The notes beneath the pieces are model-generated. The model saw only the letters and a program-made list of their open reading frames with translations. It searched no databases and was not told where the DNA came from. Below are positions 18,084-27,583 of a stretch of DNA of 64,000 bases, in pieces. A program made the translations under genes and the position numbers. Numbering within the stretch: the stretch's first letter is position 1; every line of letters begins with the position of its first letter. The stretch is from a virus (lineage: Duplodnaviria; Caudoviricetes). The DNA lies in IMG/VR virus record IMGVR_UViG_3300020336_000481, positions 32,001-96,000 of that record, one strand, 5' to 3'.

Positions 18084-20336
18084 ATGGCTGAAGATGAAAA
18101 AAAAGTAGCAGATCAATACGAAACCCTGGCTAAAACTCTTCTGAAAAGTACTCAAGGATTAGCAACGTTTTCAGCTACCCTAGCTTTAACTAAACCTGGA
18201 TTAGACGATTTTGGCAAACTAGCTGAAGTTGTTCCTGCGTTAGGCCCTGGGCTTAAAGCAATGCTTGGTGTTTTAAGTAAGCAAACTCAAGCATTCCAAG
18301 CATTATCATCGAGCGGAATGACCTTTGACGGTAATCTACAAGATATGGTACAAAGTGCTACCGCCGCTGGTATGACACTTGATCAACTACAAAGTTTTAC
18401 ATCATCAAACAGTCAATCATTTGCTATGCTTGGTGCTTCAATGGGCAAGTTTGGCAGCACTGTTGAATCAGGTGGCAACGCATTTTTAGATGCAACAGCA
18501 GCATTTTATCAAGATAAACGACTAAGCCAAGGATTAAGAAATCTTGGAATGAGTTTTGAAGAAATTAATGACAACTTAATGATGAATGCTCGTATAAGTG
18601 CATTTACAGGAAGAGTAGATCAAAGATCAGCCGCTCAAAGAAATGCATCAGCAGCTGAATTTGCAGAAGAATTACAAATTATAGCAAAACTTACAGGTAA
18701 GCAGGCAGACGAACTACAAGCAGAAATGGCCGCTAGACAACGTGAAGGTGATTATAGAGCTATGATGCTACAAAAAACACCTGAACAAATGGCGGCAATA
18801 GAAAAAGCTATGGCCCAAGCAGATGCTGCTGGTTTTGGCGACTTGTTAAAAGATTATTTAATAAGAGGATTTCCTAGCAAAGATCAAGCAATGGTTGCAG
18901 GTATGTCAGGCGATATGGTTCAACTTTTTGAAAACATGACAACTAATCTCGAAGGCGGTGCATCAGGACTAGCTGAATTTAATAAACAAACCGATCAGAT
19001 ATCAGGAGTTGCAGCAAAAACAGTTAGTGATCCTAGTTTCTTAGCAATAGCATCACTAGGTGATCTTAATAGTGCAAGTGCCGCAGCATCAAGAACACTA
19101 TCATTAATGGGTGAAGCACAATTTGGTGTAATAGCAATACAACGTGAAGCGGCTGCAGAAGGCAGACAAATTACTGTAGAAGAAGCAAAAAAACTAGCAG
19201 AAGAAAGAATTGCAGCAGCAAGAGAAGACCAAGACACTCTTAAAGAAAATGCTACAGAAGGTGGCAAAGCCTTAACACAAGCAATGCTAAGAGCTGAAGA
19301 AGCACTAATGGATACAGCTATTGCAGTACAAAAAACAGCAACAAATGATTTTTATAATATGCTATCTAACGAAGCAGATGGATTTATAAAGAGCTTACAA
19401 AGTGCTGGCGTAAAAATTGGCACCCTAGCAGATCAGATATCAACGGGACTTGGTGGTATTTTTGGTGATGACGCTACTTTTCAAGGAAACCAAAAATTAG
19501 AAATTCTAGCACTTGCTAACGAATTAGAGAAAAGAAATCCAGATGATCCTGCAGCTAACGAAAAGATGGATGCTTTAGCTACAAACATAAACGCCTTAGT
19601 AACACAAATAGAAAGTGAAGGTAGTCAATCTAAGAGAGAAGATTTATTAAAAACATTAAAAGTAGCAATTCAAACAGGAATGCAAGAACTTAAAGCAGAT
19701 GATCCTGATGAATCATTTAGTACTCCGTCAGGATTTGAAACTCCAAAATTATCTACAGGCACATTTGGTGAATTAGGAACAGCATTTGCAAATTTTGGAA
19801 ATGAAACTATAGCGGCACTGCACGGAACAGAAATGGTTGCTACTCCGGATCAAGTGGACAAATTACTCAGTGGAAGCTATAATATGGGGTTGACTTCTGC
19901 TACAAATGAGCTTAAAATGTTAACTAAATCAGGAAACAATATGGCCAAAACAGATGTAATACAAGTAGGAGATATGTTAGAAACAGGATTTGCTACAGTA
20001 TCTTCAGGATTATCAAAGGCAGCACCTTCTATTGACGACGGTATGAAAAGTTTAGTCTCGAATAATGCCTCAACCATGCAAGGTATGATAAGTAATATGA
20101 GACCTGCTGTAGAATCTGTTAACACAGAAATGCAAAAAATTGACTTATCAGGTATTGCAGATAGTATTAAGACTGCATTACCAATGGACAAACTATTTGG
20201 AGATTTAAAAGTAAGCATGGACGGAGTTAAAACTAGTGTTGACATGACAGGATCAAAACAAATATCTAACCAAGCCAAACAACTTAGACAAGGCAAAAAC
20301 ATGTTAGGTGATTTAACTAGGGGAACTGGTATATGA
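18084..20336 (+). CDS. Tape-measure-like protein (gp29 analogue)
   Basis: 750 aa, Ala/Gln/Leu-rich helical composition; GT...FANFG.ET.A.LHGTE.V.TP.Q motif seen in tape-measure C-termini. Confidence 0.7.
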   Translation: MAEDEKKVADQYETLAKTLLKSTQGLATFSATLALTKPGLDDFGKLAEVVPALGPGLKAMLGVLSKQTQAFQALSSSGMTFDGNLQDMVQSATAAGMTLDQLQSFTSSNSQSFAMLGASMGKFGSTVESGGNAFLDATAAFYQDKRLSQGLRNLGMSFEEINDNLMMNARISAFTGRVDQRSAAQRNASAAEFAEELQIIAKLTGKQADELQAEMAARQREGDYRAMMLQKTPEQMAAIEKAMAQADAAGFGDLLKDYLIRGFPSKDQAMVAGMSGDMVQLFENMTTNLEGGASGLAEFNKQTDQISGVAAKTVSDPSFLAIASLGDLNSASAAASRTLSLMGEAQFGVIAIQREAAAEGRQITVEEAKKLAEERIAAAREDQDTLKENATEGGKALTQAMLRAEEALMDTAIAVQKTATNDFYNMLSNEADGFIKSLQSAGVKIGTLADQISTGLGGIFGDDATFQGNQKLEILALANELEKRNPDDPAANEKMDALATNINALVTQIESEGSQSKREDLLKTLKVAIQTGMQELKADDPDESFSTPSGFETPKLSTGTFGELGTAFANFGNETIAALHGTEMVATPDQVDKLLSGSYNMGLTSATNELKMLTKSGNNMAKTDVIQVGDMLETGFATVSSGLSKAAPSIDDGMKSLVSNNASTMQGMISNMRPAVESVNTEMQKIDLSGIADSIKTALPMDKLFGDLKVSMDGVKTSVDMTGSKQISNQAKQLRQGKNMLGDLTRGTGI

Positions 20337-22078
20337 GTTGGAAAAAATATTTTACACCTGTAGACGCACAAGGACAACAAGTTGGAAGCATGAGTCCTTT
20401 GAGTGGAGCAAACAACAGTGGTAAAGGACCAGCTAGTGCAAACTATAGTTCTTATCTACCAGATGTATACGTAGGAAGCCCCAACCGTATAGAACGCTAC
20501 GGACAATATAATACAATGGACAATGATAGTGAGGTAAATGCCGCACTAGATATCCTTGCTGAATTCTGTACACAAGAAAACGATCAAAACAAAACTAATT
20601 TTAAATTTACCTATCATAAAAAAGCAACAAATTCTGAAATTACAATATTAGGACAATACCTACAACAATGGTGTAAAAATAATATGTTTGAAAGACGTAT
20701 GTTTAAAATCATACGTAATACATTTAAGTATGGTGATGCATTCTTTGTTAGAGATCCCGAAACTGGAAAATGGTTTCATGTTGATCCAGCAAAAGTTACA
20801 CGTATTATTGTTAACGAATCAGAAGGCAAAAAGCCTGAACAATATGTAATTAGAGACTTTAATGTAAACTTTAGAGACCTAGTAGCAACAACACCGTATC
20901 AAACAAACGGAAATGTTACTGGTGGAGGCGAAGGATATATTACAGGTGGCGCCAAAGGAATGGTTGGAGGTAATTATCCTAAATCATCTGGAGGAAGATT
21001 TCATCAAAATGACGGTGAAGTTGCAGTTGATGCACAGCATGTGGTACATCTAAGTTTAAGTGAAGGACTAGATAATAATTATCCTTTTGGTAATTCATTA
21101 CTTGAAAGTATTTTTAAGGTATACAAACAAAAAGAACTATTAGAAGACGCTATTATTATATACAGAGTGCAAAGAGCACCTGAACGTAGAGTATTTTACG
21201 TTGATGTGGGTAATATGCCATCACATCTTGCTATGCAATTTGTAGAGCGTGTTAAAACCGAAATTCATCAAAGAAGAATCCCATCGGCAACAGGTGGAGG
21301 ACAGAATGTCGTAGACTCAGCATACAATCCCCTGTCAATTAACGAAGACTACTTTTTCCCACAAACAGCTGAAGGACGTGGTTCTAAAGTAGAAACACTA
21401 CCAGGTGGTACTAACCTAGGCGAAATTGATGACTTAAAATACTTTACTAATAAACTAGTAAGAGGTTTACGTATTCCAAGTTCTTACTTGCCAACAGCAG
21501 CAGATGACGGACAAAGTCAATTCAATGATGGCCGTGTAGGAACAGCATATATTCAAGAATTAAGATTTAACAAGTACTGCGAACGTTTACAAAATTTAGT
21601 TTCTGAAAACTTTAATGCAGAATTCAAAAGTTATTTGCTTAGTAAAGGTGTAAACATTGATGTTTCAATGTTTGACTTAGATTTCCAACCACCACAAAAC
21701 TTTGCAAGTTACAGACAAGCTGAACTAGACAATCAACGTATTCCAACATTTACACAGTTGCAACAAATACCATTCATGAGTAATAGATTTGCAATGAGTA
21801 GATATCTTGGTCTTAGTGAACAAGAAATTGCCGAAAACGAGCGTATGTGGCGAGAGGAGAATGACGAAAATCTTGCTCCACCACCCGCAGATGCTTCAGG
21901 TGAGATGAGAGGTGCTGGAATTAGCAGTGCTGGAATCAGTGCTGATTTATCAGGTGCTGAAGATATTATCGGAGATGAAGAAGCGCCAATTGAAGGCGGC
22001 GCCGATGCACCTCCAGAAACTACAACAGACACAGCTGGAACTGGCGCAGGTCCTACACCCGACGAAAGTCCAATTTAA
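20333..22078 (+). CDS. gp20: Portal protein
   Basis: EDAIIIYRVQRAPERRVFYVDVGNMP, EDYFFP..EGRGSKVETLPGG.NLGEIDD..YF..KL.RGL.IP.S. Confidence 0.96.
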   Translation: MSWKKYFTPVDAQGQQVGSMSPLSGANNSGKGPASANYSSYLPDVYVGSPNRIERYGQYNTMDNDSEVNAALDILAEFCTQENDQNKTNFKFTYHKKATNSEITILGQYLQQWCKNNMFERRMFKIIRNTFKYGDAFFVRDPETGKWFHVDPAKVTRIIVNESEGKKPEQYVIRDFNVNFRDLVATTPYQTNGNVTGGGEGYITGGAKGMVGGNYPKSSGGRFHQNDGEVAVDAQHVVHLSLSEGLDNNYPFGNSLLESIFKVYKQKELLEDAIIIYRVQRAPERRVFYVDVGNMPSHLAMQFVERVKTEIHQRRIPSATGGGQNVVDSAYNPLSINEDYFFPQTAEGRGSKVETLPGGTNLGEIDDLKYFTNKLVRGLRIPSSYLPTAADDGQSQFNDGRVGTAYIQELRFNKYCERLQNLVSENFNAEFKSYLLSKGVNIDVSMFDLDFQPPQNFASYRQAELDNQRIPTFTQLQQIPFMSNRFAMSRYLGLSEQEIAENERMWREENDENLAPPPADASGEMRGAGISSAGISADLSGAEDIIGDEEAPIEGGADAPPETTTDTAGTGAGPTPDESPI

Positions 22079-22080
22079 AA

Positions 22081-22088
22081 GGTAAATA
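22081..22088 (+). promoter_or_regulatory. Late promoter variant GGTAAATA, 5 nt before the ATG (probably leaderless)
   Basis: GGTAAATACTAGCATG; no SD. Confidence 0.6.
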
Positions 22089-22093
22089 CTAGC

Positions 22094-22342
22094 ATGATAC
22101 TACGTGAACTATTTTATTTTGATAAAGAAACACTCGAAGCAATTGAAGATGACAGCTACGATCCATCTTCAGATAAATTTATCATGAAAAAAACAGACAC
22201 AAGAAAAACACGTCTTACATTAGCCCAGATAAACAGAGCAAGATTAGGTGCTGAACTACATAAAGAAGAACAAGCTAAAGAATTAGAGTTTGTTAGACAA
22301 ATGTACGGATTAGCAGGTCAGGCGGCTGCAGCTGGTGTTTAA
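22094..22342 (+). CDS. Small head-module protein
   Basis: 82 aa directly after the portal; MILRE leader, DTRKTRLTL.QIN..R motif. Confidence 0.7.
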   Translation: MILRELFYFDKETLEAIEDDSYDPSSDKFIMKKTDTRKTRLTLAQINRARLGAELHKEEQAKELEFVRQMYGLAGQAAAAGV

Positions 22343-23091
22343 TGGCAAAAATAGATAAATCCCAATATACAAAAGAAGAATGGCGTAAAATAAAACATGA
22401 ACGTCAATTAGCAAAAAGAAAAAGAAGAGCAGACAAGGCTCTAAAAACTAATAAACATTTTGTAGAAAATTTAAAAAAACAAACTAGTACTAGAACTAAA
22501 AGTAAAGTCGCCTTTGTAATAGGTAACGGCACTAGTAGACAAGGTATAGACTTAGAAAAACTACAGCAATACGGTCCAGTATATGCTTGTAATGCAGTAT
22601 ATAGAGATATGGATCCTGATTATCTAGTTGCTGTAGATGTTAAAATGGTTTTAGAACTTAATAAAGCAGGATATCAATATAAAAATCCAAACGTATGGAC
22701 TAATCCTAATAAAAGTAGTCTTACTATGAAAGGATTTAATTATTTTCAACCTAGCAAGGGTTGGAGTAGTGGGCCAACAGCATTATGGTTAGCTAGTCAA
22801 CACGGATATGAAAAAATTTATATCTTAGGATTTGATTTTAAAGGTATTGGAACAGACTTAAATGCTTTTAACAACTTATATGCTGACACAAATAATTATA
22901 AAAAATCTACAGACGGTGCAACATTTTTTGGAAATTGGTCCCGTCAAACAGTGTCTGTAATAAAGGATACAGTAAATGTTAACTTTATTAGAGTAATATT
23001 AGCTGATAATTATCAGCCAGAAGAACTAAATAATTTTGCAAACTTTAATGCAATACACAAAGAGGATTTTATTAAAATCTTCCAAATCTAG
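22342..23091 (+). CDS. Maf/Cst-II (GT42)/DUF115-fold transferase-like protein with a basic N-terminal extension
   Basis: AFVIGNGTSR, YACN, DYLVAVD, SSG..A..LA...GY.KIYILGFDF motifs. Confidence 0.65.
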   Translation: MAKIDKSQYTKEEWRKIKHERQLAKRKRRADKALKTNKHFVENLKKQTSTRTKSKVAFVIGNGTSRQGIDLEKLQQYGPVYACNAVYRDMDPDYLVAVDVKMVLELNKAGYQYKNPNVWTNPNKSSLTMKGFNYFQPSKGWSSGPTALWLASQHGYEKIYILGFDFKGIGTDLNAFNNLYADTNNYKKSTDGATFFGNWSRQTVSVIKDTVNVNFIRVILADNYQPEELNNFANFNAIHKEDFIKIFQI

Positions 23092-23119
23092 GCTCATAAT
23101 CTATAAATGGGCCGTTTTT
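23091..23119 (+). terminator. Probable intrinsic terminator
   Basis: ggctcat/atgggcc stem followed by gttttt. Confidence 0.5.
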
Positions 23120-23151
23120 CGCCTATATCTACGTATATATCCTGTGTTTAA

Positions 23152-23158
23152 GTAAATA
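23152..23158 (+). promoter_or_regulatory. Late promoter GTAAATA for the core/protease/scaffold/capsid genes
   Basis: Upstream of the strong SD AGGAGG. Confidence 0.6.
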
Positions 23159-23200
23159 CAACTGACAGCCTTACCAATATTAAATCACAGGAGGTACAAA

Positions 23201-24142
23201 ATGGCAGATCAAAATAAATTTGAACAAATGCTTGAAAAGCTGATTGCTGAAGATAAAGCAGGAGCTGAAGAGCTTTTCCACGAAATTGTGGTAGAAAAAT
23301 CAAGAGACATTTATGAAAACTTACTTGACGACGATGTTGAGATTGATGAAGCGGATAGCGATTCAGAAGACAAAGACGTTGAGGAAGCATCTAAAGACGA
23401 TGACGAAGCAGTAGACGAAGCATCAAAAGATGATGACGAAGCAGTAGACGAAGCTAAAGACGAAGACGAAGACGTTAAAGAAGACTTCGATTTAGACGAA
23501 TTTGAAGTTGAAGGCGAGCCAGAAATGGGCGGCGATGCTACTGACGACATGATGGGTGACATTGAAGGCGGAGACGACATGGATATGGAACCAGCAGGTG
23601 ATGAAGACGCAGAAGACGTTGAAGACCGTGTTACTGATCTTGAAGACGCTTTAGATGATTTAAAAGCAGAATTCGAACAAATGATGGCAGATCAAGATGG
23701 TGAATCTGATGATGAACCAGCTGATGAGCCTGAAATGGATATGAGTGACGAAGAAGACGAAGGCGAAGAAGAAGAAGAGCCTGAAGAAGAAGTTGCTTAT
23801 GAAGAATCAGACGAAGTTGAAGCAAAGGCTACAACTGACCCTGTAGAGCAAATGCGTGAATATGTTGAAAAAATTACACCAAAAATGGGTGAAACTGGTA
23901 CAGACAGTACTAAATCACCAGTAGCTGGTGCTAACAACATGGGCGGAGATGCTTCAAACTTAGTACAAGGTGGTGAAGAAGCAGGTGGTAAAGCACAGGC
24001 TCCTAAAGAAGACAACGCAGGGAACGTTAACGTACCAGGCGGAAAAGCTTCTAAATCATTATCAGGTACTAAAGGCCACGGCGCTGAGAAAAAAGGCGCA
24101 GGCGAAACTGCTGACAATAAGAAATCAACTATTGGCAGCTAA
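23201..24142 (+). CDS. Highly acidic prohead core protein
   Basis: Asp/Glu-rich, many [ILV]xE sites; lies between portal and protease, where T4 gp67/gp68 are. Confidence 0.7.
   Translation: MADQNKFEQMLEKLIAEDKAGAEELFHEIVVEKSRDIYENLLDDDVEIDEADSDSEDKDVEEASKDDDEAVDEASKDDDEAVDEAKDEDEDVKEDFDLDEFEVEGEPEMGGDATDDMMGDIEGGDDMDMEPAGDEDAEDVEDRVTDLEDALDDLKAEFEQMMADQDGESDDEPADEPEMDMSDEEDEGEEEEEPEEEVAYEESDEVEAKATTDPVEQMREYVEKITPKMGETGTDSTKSPVAGANNMGGDASNLVQGGEEAGGKAQAPKEDNAGNVNVPGGKASKSLSGTKGHGAEKKGAGETADNKKSTIGS
23384..23449 (+). repeat. 33-bp tandem duplication (EASKDDDEAVD x2, degenerate third copy follows)
   Basis: gaagcatctaaagacgatgacgaagcagtagac / gaagcatcaaaagatgatgacgaagcagtagac. Confidence 0.85.
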
Positions 24143-24162
24143 TTTATACGAGGAAGTTATAG

Positions 24163-24786
24163 ATGCTTAACTTACGAGAGAATTTGACATTCGACCAGGC
24201 TAAAATGGTTGTTGAAACCGCTAATGAAGGTAAAGATCTTTTTATGAAAGGAATTTGCATTCAAGGTGGAGTACGCAATGCTAACCAGCGTGTGTATCCT
24301 GTTAATGAAATTGGCAGGGCTGTCAAAACTCTAAATGATCAGATAACTGGAGGATACTCAGTTCTCGGCGAAGTTGATCATCCAGAAGGCCTCAATATAA
24401 ATTTAGACCGAGTGTCGCACATGATCACAGAAATGTGGATGGAAGACGCTAATGGATATGGGAAATTAAAAATATTACCAACCCCAATGGGGCAGCTAGT
24501 TAAAACAATGCTTGAAAGCGGAGTTAAATTAGGTGTCTCATCCAGGGGATCAGGAAATGTAAGCGAAAGCGGTAACGGTGAAGTTTCAGAATTTGAAATT
24601 ATTACAGTTGACGTTGTTGCTCAGCCAAGTGCTCCAGGGGCTTATCCAACTCCAATCTACGAGCATCTAATGAATACTCGTGGCGGGTATAAGGCATATG
24701 AACTTGCACAGGCAACAAGAAACGACACAAAGGCACAAAAATATTTAAAAGAATCGTTGATAAACATTATCAACCGACTCCAATAA
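24163..24786 (+). CDS. gp21: Prohead protease
   Basis: N.N.RVYP, GEVDHP, RVSH, TPMG, GVSSRGSG, D.VAQPSAP.A. Confidence 0.95.
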   Translation: MLNLRENLTFDQAKMVVETANEGKDLFMKGICIQGGVRNANQRVYPVNEIGRAVKTLNDQITGGYSVLGEVDHPEGLNINLDRVSHMITEMWMEDANGYGKLKILPTPMGQLVKTMLESGVKLGVSSRGSGNVSESGNGEVSEFEIITVDVVAQPSAPGAYPTPIYEHLMNTRGGYKAYELAQATRNDTKAQKYLKESLINIINRLQ

Positions 24787-24799
24787 AAGGAGAATTAAT

Positions 24800-25894
24800 A
24801 TGTTGGATGCACTAAAAACACTTTTTGAAAACGATGTAGTTTCTGAAGAAGTGCGTACACAAATTGAAGAGGCTTGGAATAGTAAAATCGCCGAAAATCG
24901 CCGTGAGGTGACTGCTGAACTACGTGAAGAGTTTGCTCAAAAATATGGGCATGATAAAGCACAAATGGTTGAAGCAATCGACACAATGCTATCTGAAAGA
25001 CTAACAGCTGAACTTACTGAGTTCGCTGAAGATAGAAATCAGTTAGCAGAAGCAAAAGCAAAATATGCTGTTGCTATGCGTGAAAATTCGGATTTGCTAA
25101 AGAAATTCGTAGTTGAATCTTTATCCAAAGAAGTTCGTGAACTTCATGAAGATCAAAAAGAAATGGCTACTAAATTTACCAAACTTGAAGAATTTGTTGT
25201 AGAAGCACTTGCAAAAGAAATTGCAGAATTTCAAACAGATAAAAAAGATCTAGCAGAAACCAAGGTAAAACTTGTACGTGAAGCTAAATCTAAATTTGAA
25301 GAAATTCGTAAGAGTTTCATCAACAGAAGTGCAAAGTTAGTATCTGAAACAGTTGGAAAAGGGCTTAACAAAGAACTTACTCAACTTAAAGAAGATATTG
25401 AATCTGCACGTAAAAACGACTTTGGACGAAAATTATTCGAGGCTTATGCTTCTGAATATGCTCACAGCTATCTCAATGAGAAGTCAGAGACAGCTAAATT
25501 AATGAAGGTTGTGAAACTTAAAGACTCACAACTTGCAGAAGCCAAAGCTGCCGCAGATGAGAAATCTAAACTAGTAGAAAGCAAAGATGCTGAAATTAGT
25601 AAAGTAAAAAACGCGGCAACGAGAAATAAAATAGTCAATGAACTTATTGCACCTTTGAGCAAGGATCAAAAAGATATCATGATGGACTTACTGGAATCGG
25701 TTCAAACAGAAAAACTTAGTTCTTCTTTTGATAAGTACCTACCAGCAGTGATTGATGGTAAATCTCCAGAAAAGAAAAAGGCGAATTTAACAGAAGGCAA
25801 AGAAATTACAGGCAACAGAGAAGAAAAAACAATTAGTTCTAAAGCAGACGAAAATAATGTTATTGACATTAAACGTCTAGCTGGATTAAATTAA
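24800..25894 (+). CDS. gp22: Prohead scaffold protein
   Basis: Coiled-coil Glu/Lys-rich protein between protease and capsid genes. Confidence 0.8.
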   Translation: MLDALKTLFENDVVSEEVRTQIEEAWNSKIAENRREVTAELREEFAQKYGHDKAQMVEAIDTMLSERLTAELTEFAEDRNQLAEAKAKYAVAMRENSDLLKKFVVESLSKEVRELHEDQKEMATKFTKLEEFVVEALAKEIAEFQTDKKDLAETKVKLVREAKSKFEEIRKSFINRSAKLVSETVGKGLNKELTQLKEDIESARKNDFGRKLFEAYASEYAHSYLNEKSETAKLMKVVKLKDSQLAEAKAAADEKSKLVESKDAEISKVKNAATRNKIVNELIAPLSKDQKDIMMDLLESVQTEKLSSSFDKYLPAVIDGKSPEKKKANLTEGKEITGNREEKTISSKADENNVIDIKRLAGLN

Positions 25895-25905
25895 GGAGAA
25901 AAACT

Positions 25906-27072
25906 ATGTCAGAACTATTAGAAGGACGCTGGCAGGATACCAAAAGTGCTCTACTAGAAGGATTACAAGGTACTAAGAAAAGTGTAATGGAAACTACACT
26001 TGAAAATACCCGTAAGTACTTGTCAGAGAGTGCAACAGCTGGTGCAACATCTGCCGGTAACGTCGCTACATTAAATCGTGTGATTTTACCAGTTATTAGA
26101 CGTGTTATGCCAACTGTTATTGCTAACGAAATTGTTGGTGTTCAGCCTATGACTGGCCCTGTGGGACAGATTCACACACTAAGAGTCCGTTATTCGGAAT
26201 CAAATGATAACGTAACAGCAGGCGATGAGGCACTTAGCCCATTCAAAATTGCTACTGCGTATTCAGGTACAGGTACTGATCCAGATGGTAAAGCTAACGC
26301 AACAGCCGCACTTGAAGGTTCAGCTGGTAGAAAACTTTCTATCCAGATCCTAAAGCAAACTGTAGAAGCAAAAACCAGAAAGCTATCAGCAAGATGGACT
26401 TTTGAATCTGCACAAGATGCTCAATCACAGCACGGTATTGATATCGAAGCTGAGATTATGGCAGCTCTTGCACAAGAGATTACCGCTGAGATCGATCAAG
26501 AAATTCTTGGAAGCCTAAGAGGGTTAGCAGGAACTATTGAAACTTACGATCAAGCAGCAGTAAGTGGTACAGCTACTTTTGTTGGTGACGAACATGCAGC
26601 ACTTGCAGTTCAAATTAACAGAACAGCGAACACTATCGCTCAGCGTACAAGAAGAGGTGCAGGTAACTTTGCAGTTGTTAGCCCATTTGCGTTAACAATC
26701 CTACAAAGTGCTACTACTTCAGCTTTTGCTAGAACAACAGAAGGTACTTTTGAAGCACCTACAAACACTAAATTCGTTGGTACATTAAACAACGCAATGA
26801 AAGTGTATGTTGATTCATATGCAGCTGATAATACACCAGTACTTGTTGGTTACAAAGGTTCAAGCGAATCAGACGCAGCAGCGTTTTACTGCCCATATAT
26901 TCCATTAATGAGCAGTGGAGTTGTACTTGACCCAGCAACATTCGAACCTGTCGTGAGCTTCATGACACGTTACGGATATGTTGAGTTGTCAAACACAGCG
27001 TCATCACTTGGTAACGCAGCTGATTACTTAGGTGAAGTTGCAATTACTTCAAGTAATGTAAGCTTCAGCTAA
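25906..27072 (+). CDS. gp23: Major capsid protein
   Basis: RRVMP..IA.EIVGVQPMTGP.GQI, AKTRKL.ARWT.E.AQD, EI.AEID.E, FYCPYIPL, F.P...FMTRYG. Confidence 0.97.
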   Translation: MSELLEGRWQDTKSALLEGLQGTKKSVMETTLENTRKYLSESATAGATSAGNVATLNRVILPVIRRVMPTVIANEIVGVQPMTGPVGQIHTLRVRYSESNDNVTAGDEALSPFKIATAYSGTGTDPDGKANATAALEGSAGRKLSIQILKQTVEAKTRKLSARWTFESAQDAQSQHGIDIEAEIMAALAQEITAEIDQEILGSLRGLAGTIETYDQAAVSGTATFVGDEHAALAVQINRTANTIAQRTRRGAGNFAVVSPFALTILQSATTSAFARTTEGTFEAPTNTKFVGTLNNAMKVYVDSYAADNTPVLVGYKGSSESDAAAFYCPYIPLMSSGVVLDPATFEPVVSFMTRYGYVELSNTASSLGNAADYLGEVAITSSNVSFS

Positions 27073-27093
27073 TAAGCTAAGTTATACTAACTT

Positions 27094-27123
27094 AAAAAGG
27101 GCGGCTTAGGTCGCCCTTTTTTT
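27094..27123 (+). terminator. Intrinsic terminator after gp23
   Basis: aaaaagggcggc-ttag-gtcgccc followed by a T run. Confidence 0.9.
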
Positions 27124-27151
27124 ATGACTAAAACCCTAACCGAAAGGATTT

Positions 27152-27298
27152 ATGGCTCGTGTTAAATTTAATCCAACCCTAGAAGCACATGAATACACAA
27201 AAAAGAAAACATCAATAGGCGGAGGAAAACATTCCAAAACTATGATGAATAAAAGTAAAAGAAGAAGCTACAAAAAGTATAATGGACAAGGAAAGTAA
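27152..27298 (+). CDS. Small basic protein (48 aa), below the ORF-track cutoff
   Basis: MARVKFNPTLEAHEYTKKKTSIGGGKHSKTMMNKSKRRSYKKYNGQGK; SD AAGGA upstream. Confidence 0.75.
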   Translation: MARVKFNPTLEAHEYTKKKTSIGGGKHSKTMMNKSKRRSYKKYNGQGK

Positions 27299-27325
27299 TT
27301 TTTTTAAATTTTGGTAAAAAAGAGG

Positions 27326-27354
27326 TTGACTTCTGAATAAAAGTTTGCTATATT
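27326..27354 (+). promoter_or_regulatory. Sigma70 promoter with extended -10, driving the ncRNA
   Basis: TTGACT (27326-27331), 17 nt, TATATT (27349-27354), with TG at 27346-27347. Confidence 0.85.
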
Positions 27355-27360
27355 AAGTAC

Positions 27361-27577
27361 ATAAGCAATAAAAGAGTAATTAACTTTTATTTGTAGTGCA
27401 TCGAAGAGGCCTTTACCAGAAGGGCTTAAGATGACTAGCCAGGGGTGGTACCCAGGGTCTGTAGTAGAAATACGCAGGTTCACATCGCAGTCACTAGCGG
27501 GGTTAGGTTGTACAGAAACAGAATGGTATTCCGGACTGTGCTTGTAGGTGAAACCGAGTCCTACCTACTTTGCTTAT
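27361..27577 (+). ncRNA. Structured ~217 nt non-coding RNA, family unassigned
   Basis: Begins at the predicted TSS; 5' ataagcaa pairs with 3' ttgcttat; internal helices with G-U pairs and a GAAA loop; followed by a terminator; no listed ORF. Confidence 0.8.
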
Positions 27578-27583
27578 CTTTTT

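Noticed and set aside
23384-23470. CRISPR-like repeat
   Set aside because: In-frame tandem coding duplication with no spacers.
27361-27577. tRNA, tmRNA, 6S or SRP identity for the ncRNA
   Set aside because: No cloverleaf or CCA end, no tag ORF, not a single long rod, no SRP GGAA/AGCAG motif.
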